DNA of 64,000 nucleotides from Candidatus Cloacimonadales bacterium (GCA_963674825.1 OY771587.1:544001-608000), one strand, 5' to 3'; positions 37,332 to 46,497 are shown, numbered from the stretch's first letter. Notes: generated by a model from the letters alone, not told the origin. Translations and numbers: made by a program.

Positions 37332-39484
37332 CAACCTGCCTCCACCTGGCATACTTGCCCGTATTTGATTTTCTCTCCGGCCTTGATCGACTGCTTGCGC
37401 ACCACACCGTTGCCATTGACTTGCAGCTTGATGTTGCTGCGACGAGCCAGGTCAGCGGCCTTTCGGATCGTCTTGCCCACCAGGTCGGGCATCGTGGACG
37501 ATGCCGGATCGACCGCAACTTCCTTATGCTTATGGTCGATAACGATCACGACTTTGTTGCTGCGATCGAATGCCACACCAGCTTTGGGATACTGGTTGAT
37601 TACAACACCATCGGGATCGCGAACGATATGCTCGAAAGCGATCGATTGCGCGTTCAGCGTACGAACCGCCTCGGTCACGGAAAGGCCTTCCACGTTGGGC
37701 ATCTCGATCATGTCGTGCTGTTCACTCCGAATATCGGGCATGATGCGGCACGTCGGAAGCGCCAGGATGTTCTCGGTGATATCCCTAAAGGTCGGGACCG
37801 CCGACATCGAACCGTAGTGGTATTTATAGGCGGGTTCATCGACCACGATAAGCATCAGAATCTGCGGATCGTCAGCAGGATAGTAACCCGCAAACGAGGC
37901 CGTATATTTATCGTCAGAATAGCCGCCACCCGCTTTCATCTTTTCTGCGGTACCTGTCTTTCCTGCGATAGTCATCTTTGGGAAGCGTGTCGCGGTACCG
38001 GTACCGTAATTGACCACATCCTTCATATAGGTACGCAGCGTATCCAGCGATGTCTGATCGGAGATCGTGCGCAATACTTCTGTCTTGTGCTCGAAGATCG
38101 TCTCGCCGTTTTCATCATATACACGCTTTACCAGCGTCGGCTGGATTACCTTACCACCGTTTGCAAGCGGTGCATAAGCAGCAGCCATCTGAATCGCCGT
38201 AACTGCAATCTCCTGTCCGAAGGAGATCGAGTGAAGGCTAAAGCTGCCCCAGTCCTTCAGCTTGCGGAAAATTCCGGGGCTTTCACCTGTCACTTCGAGA
38301 CCAGTCTTGAGCCCGAAGCCAAGCTCGGTAAGGCGCTTGTAGAGGCGCTTGTCGCCAACTTTCTCGGCTATTTTCGCGATACCGACGTTGCTGGAATGCA
38401 CCAGCACGTCCTTGAAACTGAGACTCTTGAACTCATGTGCGTCGCTGATGGTACGTTTTTCGAGCTTATACTTGCGGCAGTCGATCATGTCCGATCCTCT
38501 GTAGAGGTGCTTCTCGATAGCCAACAATGAGGTGAACGCCTTCATTGTCGAGCCAGGCTCGAAGAGGAACGATACCGGCATATTGGGCAGTGCGCGGATC
38601 GCAGCGGTTTGTTTGTGCTTATCGAACTGAGAGATGCCACTCATCGCCAGGACATGCCCGGAATTGGGATTCATGATAACACCCATGACATTCTTCGCGC
38701 TGTATTCGTCGATGGCGCTTTTCAAGCTGTTTTCCAGGATTTCCTGATATTCGGTGTCGATGGTGAGTTCAACATTATAGCCGTTACGCGCTTTCTTCTC
38801 TTTCATTTCGCGATCTGGAATCGCGTGCTGGTTGCCATCGTAGATGACCTTGCGCCATCCCGGCTCGCCCTGGAGGTAGTTGTCCAGCGCATACTCGATG
38901 CCGCAAAGACCCTTGAGAGTGTAAATACTATTGCTGCTGTTGAGCGATTCTTCCTGAACCATTCCCAGCATACGGGCCGCGAGGTCACCCTGCGCGTAGG
39001 TCCGTTTCATGGATGCGAAACTGCTGATAATACGCGGATAATCCCGCTCCTGGATGATGTTGTTGATCATCACGAGCTGGGATTCCCGAATGCGATTGGA
39101 GATAACAACCGAAGATGAGGCCGATTTGCTGTTGAGCTTCTGCAGGACGTAGCTTTTCGTCAGATCGCTGTTCTGCGCAAAGATCGTCGCCAGAGTATCG
39201 TAATACGCCTCGACCTTGACATTATTCTTGTCGCACCAGAGCTTGATAGAGGGACGGTGCACTTCGACCTGATAGTTTTTCACGCTGCTTACGAGCAAAT
39301 TGCCGTTGCAGTCGTAGATATTTCCGCGATAGGGGATGAGGATTTCGTTTGAGGGATTGTAACGAAGTCGGGCCATTCCGCTCAGATTATGCACGTCGAG
39401 GACCTGGACGGCAAAAAGGTGGACCATCCAAAGTAAAACGACCAGCGCGCTAACGCCGAGGAGCGTGTAGTATCGGAGCTTCAT
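37331..39484 (-). CDS. ftsI: Class B PBP FtsI with two PASTA domains
   Basis: RGNIYD, EPGSTMK (SxxK), SSN, KTGTA and C-terminal PASTA repeats. Confidence 0.95.
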   Translation of the reverse strand: MKLRYYTLLGVSALVVLLWMVHLFAVQVLDVHNLSGMARLRYNPSNEILIPYRGNIYDCNGNLLVSSVKNYQVEVHRPSIKLWCDKNNVKVEAYYDTLATIFAQNSDLTKSYVLQKLNSKSASSSVVISNRIRESQLVMINNIIQERDYPRIISSFASMKRTYAQGDLAARMLGMVQEESLNSSNSIYTLKGLCGIEYALDNYLQGEPGWRKVIYDGNQHAIPDREMKEKKARNGYNVELTIDTEYQEILENSLKSAIDEYSAKNVMGVIMNPNSGHVLAMSGISQFDKHKQTAAIRALPNMPVSFLFEPGSTMKAFTSLLAIEKHLYRGSDMIDCRKYKLEKRTISDAHEFKSLSFKDVLVHSSNVGIAKIAEKVGDKRLYKRLTELGFGLKTGLEVTGESPGIFRKLKDWGSFSLHSISFGQEIAVTAIQMAAAYAPLANGGKVIQPTLVKRVYDENGETIFEHKTEVLRTISDQTSLDTLRTYMKDVVNYGTGTATRFPKMTIAGKTGTAEKMKAGGGYSDDKYTASFAGYYPADDPQILMLIVVDEPAYKYHYGSMSAVPTFRDITENILALPTCRIMPDIRSEQHDMIEMPNVEGLSVTEAVRTLNAQSIAFEHIVRDPDGVVINQYPKAGVAFDRSNKVVIVIDHKHKEVAVDPASSTMPDLVGKTIRKAADLARRSNIKLQVNGNGVVRKQSIKAGEKIKYGQVCQVEAG

Positions 39485-39494
39485 GAGCCTGAAG

Positions 39495-39836
39495 TTATTT
39501 TGTCAACGCTTCCATCGAAGGAACGAAGAAGTCGATCAGACTGAAACGCTTGGTTTCGTCGTTCAGTCGCGTTTCCTTCACGTAATGGACGCTGTTGTCA
39601 GCTTGGTCGGGCAGCACCATGTCCAGGTTCTGCCGTGCATATTTTTGAATTCTCTCGCGAGCGCTCAGGCGGATGTAGTCCAGCTTGAGGTCGCTGTTCA
39701 GAAGACGCTCCGCGGCGCAGACTTTCTCCAGGCGGGCAATCTCCTTCTCGCTGTTCAGGATGTTGTGCTTGTTATAATAGTGTGCGAATACCAGTAGTGA
39801 GACAAATACTGCCAGCAATACCAATTTCTTACGCAT
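39495..39836 (-). CDS. ftsL: Cell division protein FtsL
   Basis: TM plus coiled coil and LSARERIQKYARQNLDMVLP; lies between rsmH and ftsI. Confidence 0.82.
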   Translation of the reverse strand: MRKKLVLLAVFVSLLVFAHYYNKHNILNSEKEIARLEKVCAAERLLNSDLKLDYIRLSARERIQKYARQNLDMVLPDQADNSVHYVKETRLNDETKRFSLIDFFVPSMEALTK

Positions 39837-40767
39837 TCGATTCCCCCTTTTTCTCGGCAATACGTAATTTGGCGCTCCGGGCCCTGCTATTCTCTTTGAT
39901 CTCCTCATCCGAGGGACGGAGCGGTTTGCGAGTGATAATCTTGATTCTCGATGTTTTTGAGCACATACAGGTTGGCAGAGAGCTTGGGCACAAACATGAT
40001 TTTTCCTCGAATGCGAAATACTGCTTCACAATCCTGTCCTCCAGGCTGTGGTAGGACATTGCCACGATCCTGCCGGATTCATTAAGCATATCCACCGCGT
40101 CCTTGAGTCCTTTCTTCAGGTGCTCAAGTTCCTGATTGACATAGATGCGAAGTGCCTGGTAAATGCGTGCTCTCGCTTTCGCTTTCATGTGTGATGCCGT
40201 TGCCCTGTCGATGATCGACGATAGTTGCGAAGTGGTTCTGATCTCCTCCTTGATGCGTTCCTGTTCGATCGCGCGTGCGATGCGGCCGGATTCACGTTCC
40301 TCGCCAAACTCCCAGAAGATTTTCTTCAGTTCATCTACCGAGAGCGTATTGACTACATCCGCCGCAGACTGCCCGTAGCCTTTGTCCATGCGCATATCAA
40401 GAGGCGAGTCGTCCTGGAAGCCGAAGCCACGCTCCGGGCAATCGAACTGATGCGATGATACGCCGAAGTCGAACAAGATGCCGTCGATCCGGCGCACGAA
40501 ATTAAGCGCCAGATGGGTCCGCATCTCCGAGAAATTGGCGTGAATCGCCTTGAAGCGGTCCGGGTATTTCTGTATGAGATCTTCGTTTTGCTGGATGGCG
40601 TCCGGGTCGCGATCGAACCCGAATACTCGGATGTCGGGATAGCGCGCAAGCATCTCGCGTGTGTGGCCACCACCACCAAGAGTAGCATCCACATAAACGC
40701 GTTCTGGACGGATATTCAACCCGTCCAGAGATTCTTGCAACATTACCGGTACATGATATTGGCTCAT
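39829..40767 (-). CDS. rsmH: 16S rRNA m4C1402 methyltransferase RsmH
   Basis: HVPVM, DATLGGGGH, GVSSHQFD, PLDMRMD and SYHSLEDRIVK. Confidence 0.98.
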   Translation of the reverse strand: MSQYHVPVMLQESLDGLNIRPERVYVDATLGGGGHTREMLARYPDIRVFGFDRDPDAIQQNEDLIQKYPDRFKAIHANFSEMRTHLALNFVRRIDGILFDFGVSSHQFDCPERGFGFQDDSPLDMRMDKGYGQSAADVVNTLSVDELKKIFWEFGEERESGRIARAIEQERIKEEIRTTSQLSSIIDRATASHMKAKARARIYQALRIYVNQELEHLKKGLKDAVDMLNESGRIVAMSYHSLEDRIVKQYFAFEEKSCLCPSSLPTCMCSKTSRIKIITRKPLRPSDEEIKENSRARSAKLRIAEKKGESNA

Positions 40768-40869
40768 GCTGAGACATCCCTCTTCGTGTCGATTGCGATC
40801 ATGATAGAATACTCCAATAGGATTGGAGCCGGGTGATTATTAGAAGCTCCTGCATCAAATTCACGGCCA

Positions 40870-41313
40870 TCAAATCTGGAAGTCCGTGGATTCGAAATCG
40901 TCGCCCACGATGCTTGCGATGCGCTTGCGTTCTTCCTGTTCAAACATATCAGGTGACCAGATGGAGATGAAATCGGTCTCCCCCATCAGGATCGCCTTGT
41001 CGTCAATGCCGGCGCTTTCGAGCAGTTTCGGGGTGATCTTGATGCGACCGGGGCCCTCGTACTGCTGTGGCGCCATGGCGAATATCTGAAAATAGGACAA
41101 AATCTTACGTTGACGCGCGTCGCCGCTTTTCAGCTTGTCGCGTATCAAACGCCAGTTTTCGAGCGGGTAAATCAAAATGGTCTTGATACTGCCGGGGCTC
41201 AGGGTGGCGACCCATGAGGGGTCATGTTCGAATTGCTTGCGGAAATCGGACGGAATCACGATCCGCTGCTTATGGATTGCGCCTTCAAAGCTTCCTGTAA
41301 AATCGATCGCCAT
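40870..41313 (-). CDS. mraZ: Divergent MraZ transcriptional regulator
   Basis: First gene of the dcw cluster; FTG...RIVIPSDFR, IYPLENW, GRI and FISIWSP. The usual DxxxR motifs are altered. Confidence 0.85.
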   Translation of the reverse strand: MAIDFTGSFEGAIHKQRIVIPSDFRKQFEHDPSWVATLSPGSIKTILIYPLENWRLIRDKLKSGDARQRKILSYFQIFAMAPQQYEGPGRIKITPKLLESAGIDDKAILMGETDFISIWSPDMFEQEERKRIASIVGDDFESTDFQI

Positions 41314-41323
41314 TTTGACCCCC

Positions 41324-41377
41324 GGAGAAATCTTGAGAACCTATGAGTTAATTTGAGCTCTTATGCGATTTTTTGAC
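41324..41377. promoter_or_regulatory. 10-bp-phased TGAG-like direct repeats, putative MraZ operator
   Basis: GGAG 41324, TGAG 41334/41344/41354, TGCG 41364 and TGAC 41374, directly upstream of mraZ. Confidence 0.6.
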
Positions 41378-41766
41378 ACAGAGGCGTCAAACGTCAAGCG
41401 TTTTTTTATTTTCTGCCTTTTTTTTTCACGGATTGAGACGACATCCACATATGATGGCTATCCCGAATGATCATTCATTTAGCTATTCTATTGTATTACA
41501 GAGCCTTATGGGCTTCGTCAAATTTCTGTCTTCTCAATTGGATCGTTCATAATAATATGTAATTTTTCATGCATTATTTCATCAATTCTCTCCTAAATCG
41601 GAGAATCGACCGGCTGGGGTAGTGAGATTTTTTGAGAAAATAGGTTTGCGCGGCACCGAAAACGGCCAAATCAGGCAAGATCATCGAGGATACCCGCGAA
41701 ATTATTAGATTGACCACAATTCATTTTCGAGCATGTTGTGGCAAACACATCGGAGGATAGTATTCC

Positions 41767-42552
41767 ATGAAACGAATCGCGATTCTTGCACTGCTTCTCG
41801 GCTCGGTGCTATTTGTCTCGGCAATACCGTCCGGGTTCCACTCAATAGACGAGATTATCAACATCATCACAGAAGCTGTATCCAACCGAGACCAGGCACC
41901 TATCAAGGAGCTTCTCGGCGACGAAACGCGGTACACGTTCATTTATAATACGATGGCCGACACAACAAGAGAACGTCTTCTGAAAGCAGGCTACTCGGAC
42001 CAGAAGATTGATGAATCACTCAAGGAACTCCTGCCGGATTACGAGACGTCCGCAAGAGAATATGCTGTCTCGGTTCGGGAGGATCTCGATACTCTTCGCG
42101 TAGAGATGGAGAATTTCAGCCGTAAATGCCCCAAGCACAAAGCCGAGGTCGTCAGGGAACTCGACTACCAACCAGGCGTTTTCGAGAGCCAAATGGGTGT
42201 CGTATACATTACAGACAGCGCGATCCTGTTCAATACGAATACGAAGATCATCGAATGCGAGCTACCCCTGATGCTCTACATCGATCACGGGTATGCGTTG
42301 CAGGCAGCGCCAAGGCTGAGGGCTTCTTCGATGGGCTTCGAGGCGACTGCCTTCCAGAGCCTGATCTTGATGGCGATTGAAGATTCTGAGTTCTCCTGTC
42401 TGGAAGATGCCTTCATCACACCGCGCCAAATGGAGTACGGCGATAGAATATACGAAAGCACGTACAAGAAATCGGAAGATTACGCGAACTATTCCGATGC
42501 GAAGAAAGAGAAATTCGAGCGCTACCTGGAGATGACACAAAAAAACACATGA
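41767..42552 (+). CDS. Secreted hypothetical protein, N-terminal part of a probably frameshifted gene
   Basis: GGAGG SD and a signal peptide; ends just after an A7 run. Confidence 0.7.
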   Translation: MKRIAILALLLGSVLFVSAIPSGFHSIDEIINIITEAVSNRDQAPIKELLGDETRYTFIYNTMADTTRERLLKAGYSDQKIDESLKELLPDYETSAREYAVSVREDLDTLRVEMENFSRKCPKHKAEVVRELDYQPGVFESQMGVVYITDSAILFNTNTKIIECELPLMLYIDHGYALQAAPRLRASSMGFEATAFQSLILMAIEDSEFSCLEDAFITPRQMEYGDRIYESTYKKSEDYANYSDAKKEKFERYLEMTQKNT

Positions 42553-42827
42553 AAGTGCAGAAGACCGCGTTGCAAGAGTCACGTGAATCTTTCGAGAAGG
42601 CCCTAGCACAATTACCCGATGTCGACGACGAAGCAGTGCTGATCCAGGAAGATCCCGGCGCGGTTACCCGTGAGATGAACGGAGGAATTGTCGAAGACAC
42701 CCGTTATATCATCCGTTATGGAGATTACACCATCACCGCGACCTTGAAGCAGCGGATCAACCTGGTGAGCAATTACTGGAAGCTGTTTGATGCGATTGTG
42801 TTCGAGGTTCAGCCAAACAAATCTTGA
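42549..42827 (+). CDS. Hypothetical protein, probably the C-terminal continuation of 41767..42552
   Basis: No SD; one extra A in the A7 run (42539-42545) fuses the two frames. Confidence 0.5.
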   Translation: MKVQKTALQESRESFEKALAQLPDVDDEAVLIQEDPGAVTREMNGGIVEDTRYIIRYGDYTITATLKQRINLVSNYWKLFDAIVFEVQPNKS

Positions 42828-42881
42828 CATATCAAAACGCGATTGCATTGTTTGTTCAAATTAATCCTAAGGAGGAACGAT

Positions 42882-42920
42882 ATGCATCAATTCGAAAACA
42901 ACACAGGAGTAGCTTTCTAA
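42882..42920 (+). CDS. Putative 12-aa leader peptide MHQFENNTGVAF
   Basis: Perfect TAAGGAGG SD (42868-42875) 6 nt before the ATG; downstream of TTGACA at 42824. Confidence 0.65.
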   Translation: MHQFENNTGVAF

Positions 42921-43039
42921 TCGAGAGATCGGTCTTCCTTACAAGATAGCATGATCGCGCAACGGATTGATCCGTGTGGCGTCCTATAGTTTGGGAACTG
43001 GTCTCCCTGGCCGGTTCCCATTTTCATGATATTTGTTTG

Positions 43040-43074
43040 AGCCTGCGAACCGGCTGGGTACGCAGGCTTTTTTT
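43040..43074 (+). terminator. Intrinsic terminator/attenuator in the RIO kinase leader
   Basis: AGCCTGCG/CGCAGGCT stem followed by a T run, 57 nt before the RIO start. Confidence 0.8.
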
Positions 43075-43131
43075 ATCCGGAAGGAGCGCTTAGTCGCTCA
43101 ATGATGTCACACAACCAGCACCGGAGACAAT

Positions 43132-43902
43132 ATGCACACGGACAATATCATGAAAACCGATCTGATGCGGTACCAGGAGTCCTGCGAGGACTTCATAAAC
43201 GAGCAACTGATCACCGACTTCCTGCGCGTGGTAAAAAAGGGCAAGGAAGCGGTTGTCGTATGCTGCAAGGCGCACCCAAACCTTGACATGGACTACATCG
43301 CGCTCAAGCTATACAGAGAGCGCAAGTTTCGCAACTTTCGCAAGGATGCCATCTACCAGGAAGGTAAAATCTGGGATCATCGTGCCCTGCGCGCAATCAA
43401 AAAGAACACCGCGACAGGCATGGCAGCCGAACGCAGCGTATGGATCACCACCGAGTTCGACACGCTCGAGATCCTCTTCGATCTCGGCCTGAACGTCCCC
43501 GAACCCGTCGCCTGCACCGATGACGCAGTAGCGATGAAGTTCATCGGAGAAAATGAATACCCCGCACCACTGCTCAGGCACGTACGATTCGAGAACCGAA
43601 ACCAGGCGCAGCGCTGCTTCGACCAGCTCGTCGATCACGTCAGCATTATGCTCAGCAACCGGATCGTTCACGGCGATCTCTCGCCGTTCAACATCCTCTA
43701 CCACGAGCAGCAGCCCTGGATTATCGATTTCCCGCAGAGCTGCAATCCGAACAAGAACACCAACGGATTCGGTATCTTCCTACGGGATATTCGAAACCTC
43801 TGCGAGTTCTTCCAGAAATTCGGCCTCGATTACGACGCCGACCAACTCGCCCTATCCATATGGGAGCCTGTCTATGGCCCGATCATGATCGTTGGTTTGT
43901 AA
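43132..43902 (+). CDS. RIO1-family atypical kinase/ATPase
   Basis: KKGKEAVV, ALKLYR, W...EFDTL, VPEP, IVHGDLSPFNIL and IIDFPQ. Confidence 0.92.
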   Translation: MHTDNIMKTDLMRYQESCEDFINEQLITDFLRVVKKGKEAVVVCCKAHPNLDMDYIALKLYRERKFRNFRKDAIYQEGKIWDHRALRAIKKNTATGMAAERSVWITTEFDTLEILFDLGLNVPEPVACTDDAVAMKFIGENEYPAPLLRHVRFENRNQAQRCFDQLVDHVSIMLSNRIVHGDLSPFNILYHEQQPWIIDFPQSCNPNKNTNGFGIFLRDIRNLCEFFQKFGLDYDADQLALSIWEPVYGPIMIVGL

Positions 43903-43911
43903 TCTAACCTC

Positions 43912-44040
43912 GCCGCGCAGCAGATTCGTTCGTTTCGCGACTGCTCGCGTGGTGTTATACACCATAATACTCGTGTTCGGTAGTCCGATGGTGTATTATA
44001 TCCACGTGAGCAGGAGCGATCGGGCGAAGATGCGCACGGC
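43912..44040 (+). ncRNA. ~130-nt rod-like hairpin of unknown class
   Basis: Nested pairings: GCCG/CGGC, GCGCA/TGCGC, TTCGTTCG/CGGGCGAA, TCGC/GCGA, CTGCTCGCGTGG/CCACGTGAGCAG and TACACCAT/ATGGTGTA. The imperfect pairs read as G:U on the + strand. Confidence 0.5.
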
Positions 44041-44071
44041 AACCATACCTGCATCGCCAAGATAATCTTCA

Positions 44072-44100
44072 TTGACACAATCGAATCCCATTCATACCAT
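44072..44100 (+). promoter_or_regulatory. Putative sigma70 promoter of the hyp operon
   Basis: TTGACA (44072-44077), 17-nt spacer, TACCAT (44095-44100). Confidence 0.6.
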
Positions 44101-44109
44101 TTGCACCAA

Positions 44110-46275
44110 ATGAAAGCGCACAAATGGTATACCGTCAGCATCCGTGGAATCGTACAGGGCGTCGGATTCCGTCCGTTCATCTATCGCATCGCGCACGAAA
44201 TGCGCCTCCGTGGCGAAGTGAGCAATAATCCCAGCGGCGTCGAAGTGCTTATCCAGATATCGGATAGCGATCTTCGCGAATTCCTCCGCCGGGTGCGCGA
44301 GGAAGCACCATCTGCATCGAGAGTCGAGCATATAGAAGTCGGTAGCGCACAACCCGTTGATATAGATGGCTTCCGCATCGTGCCCAGTGGAAACGACCCC
44401 GGCATCACTCTCATCTCACCCGATCTCGCCACGTGCGATGACTGCCTCCGCGAGATGAACGATCCCAACGATCCGCGCTATCGATATCCTTTCATCAACT
44501 GCACCCACTGCGGACCGCGTTACAGCATCATCAGCGACCTGCCCTACGACCGTCCACTTACCGCCATGCACCCCTTCCTCATGTGCGATTACTGCCGCTC
44601 AGAGTACGAAAACCCACTCAACCGTCGCTTCCACGCGCAGCCTGTCGCCTGCCACGACTGCGGCCCGACACTCGAGTTGCCTGGTCACGGCGGAGATCCA
44701 ATCACCGGAGCAATCAAGCTTCTTCTGGACGGCAAGATCGTCGCCGTCAAAGGAATCGGTGGATTCCACCTGGCTTGCGACGCCCGTAACAACGACGCGG
44801 TAACTCGCCTCCGCGAAATCAAGCAGCGTCCCCACAAACCCTTCGCTGTCATGGTTAAGCCCAGCCATATCGGGCAAATCGCGCATACCGACGAACCATC
44901 GGAAAGGTTGCTCCGATCCCCCAAGGCACCCATCGTGATCCTACCCAAGTCGGATACGTACAGTCTCGCGGAATCTGTCGCGCTCGAATATCCCAGTATC
45001 GGCGTCCTGTATCCATATACGCCGCTGCATCACCTTCTCCTCACCGACGACCTTCCATTCCTGGTCATGACCTCCGCAAATCGCAAGGGCGAACCCATCG
45101 CACGTGACGAACAGGAAATCGCCGGGCTCTTCGACGCCTGCCTTACGCACGATCGGGCAATCTCCAACCCCTGTGACGATTCCGTTGTGCGTGGAAAATC
45201 TCTCTTGCGTCGATCCCGTGGATATGTTCCCGAACCCATCGACTTGCCTATCGAGATTCCACCAATGCTGGCCGTAGGCGCAGAACTGAAATCGACCTTT
45301 GCCATCGGTTCGGGCAAACGTGTCTTTGTGTCGCCCTACCTCGGAGATGGCTCCACCCTGGGCATTGAACGCTTCTATCGGGGCACCCTCGCCAAATACA
45401 AGAAATGGTTCGGAATCGAACCCGAGCAGATCGTCTGCGATCTCCATCCAGATTATTATAGCAGCCGTTTAGCACGTGAAACCGGACTTCCACTCACCAA
45501 AGTGCAGCACCACCACGCACACATCGGTGCTGTCATGGCCGAATACGGGCTGGACGAGAAGGTAATCGGCGTCGTGTACGATGGCACCGGACTGGGAAAT
45601 GACAACACTATCTGGGGAGGCGAAATCTTTCTTTCCGATCTTCACGATTATCAACGCCTCTTCCACCTCATCCCCATGCCCCTTCCCGGAGGCGATGCAT
45701 CCGTCAGGAAACCGCAGCGCGCAGCGTACGCGTGGCTCGAAGGCCGCTCAGATTTTGGACTCTCGCAGCAAGAGCGACGCGTTATCCAGTCCGGCTTCAA
45801 CTCACCCCTCTCCAGTGGCATGGGCAGGCTCTTCGACGTAGTTTCTGTTCTGCTCGGATTCAAGGACGAGATCACCTTCGAGGCACAAGCTGCGATCCGG
45901 CTTGAGAACCTCTGTGAAGGTATCCTTGCTGAAGAACCGTCTTTCAGCTACACCATCGATCGCGGTGTGATTGATCACCGGCCTATGCTGCGAGAAATTA
46001 TATCCGACAAACGCCCCATCGCAGCCATCGCACGCTCGGTACATCGCACCATCATCGACTGGACCAGCGAAGCCGTGGCGCGCGTTCGAGAGCAGTATGG
46101 CATCCGGAAAGTAGTGCTCTGCGGTGGCGTCATGCAGAACTTGATTTTACTGGATGGCTTGACAAATGAATTCCTTTCAGCAGGATATGACGTGTACTTT
46201 CCACAAAAATTCCCCGCGAACGACGGTGCTATCGCACTGGGCCAGATCTATATCGCGGGAGCGAAAGCGAGGTGA
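44110..46275 (+). CDS. hypF: Carbamoyltransferase HypF
   Basis: GIVQGVGFRPF, two CxxC zinc fingers, KGIGGFHLAC, QHHHAH and NDGAIALGQ. Confidence 0.98.
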   Translation: MKAHKWYTVSIRGIVQGVGFRPFIYRIAHEMRLRGEVSNNPSGVEVLIQISDSDLREFLRRVREEAPSASRVEHIEVGSAQPVDIDGFRIVPSGNDPGITLISPDLATCDDCLREMNDPNDPRYRYPFINCTHCGPRYSIISDLPYDRPLTAMHPFLMCDYCRSEYENPLNRRFHAQPVACHDCGPTLELPGHGGDPITGAIKLLLDGKIVAVKGIGGFHLACDARNNDAVTRLREIKQRPHKPFAVMVKPSHIGQIAHTDEPSERLLRSPKAPIVILPKSDTYSLAESVALEYPSIGVLYPYTPLHHLLLTDDLPFLVMTSANRKGEPIARDEQEIAGLFDACLTHDRAISNPCDDSVVRGKSLLRRSRGYVPEPIDLPIEIPPMLAVGAELKSTFAIGSGKRVFVSPYLGDGSTLGIERFYRGTLAKYKKWFGIEPEQIVCDLHPDYYSSRLARETGLPLTKVQHHHAHIGAVMAEYGLDEKVIGVVYDGTGLGNDNTIWGGEIFLSDLHDYQRLFHLIPMPLPGGDASVRKPQRAAYAWLEGRSDFGLSQQERRVIQSGFNSPLSSGMGRLFDVVSVLLGFKDEITFEAQAAIRLENLCEGILAEEPSFSYTIDRGVIDHRPMLREIISDKRPIAAIARSVHRTIIDWTSEAVARVREQYGIRKVVLCGGVMQNLILLDGLTNEFLSAGYDVYFPQKFPANDGAIALGQIYIAGAKAR

Positions 46276-46278
46276 CAA

Positions 46279-46497
46279 ATGTGCCTGGCGATACCGGGTA
46301 AGATACTGCAACGAAGAGAAGATATGGGCATTGTCGATTTCGGCGGCATGCAGAAGGAAATCTCGCTGGTATTCGTTCCTGAAGCACAGCTTTCCGATTG
46401 GGTACTGGTCCACACAGGCTACGCGATGAGCATCCTTTCCGAAGACGAAGCGCATGAGACCCTCAGCCTCCTCCGAGAACGTTATGGCGATTGCTGA
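46279..46497 (+). CDS. hypC: Hydrogenase chaperone HypC
   Basis: MCLAIPG and WVLVHTGYA. Confidence 0.98.
   Translation: MCLAIPGKILQRREDMGIVDFGGMQKEISLVFVPEAQLSDWVLVHTGYAMSILSEDEAHETLSLLRERYGDC

Noticed and set aside
24977..39118. Long + strand ORFs opposite the dcw genes (e.g. 24977..26272, 28646..29890, 37241..38530)
   Set aside because: They are antisense shadows of well-conserved genes produced by codon bias, with no recognisable motifs.
43101..43286. 61-aa ORF overlapping the RIO start, behind a hairpin-occluded GGAAGGAG
   Set aside because: The SD-to-ATG distance is long, the ORF overlaps RIO out of frame and the product is featureless. A regulatory role cannot be excluded but is unsupported.
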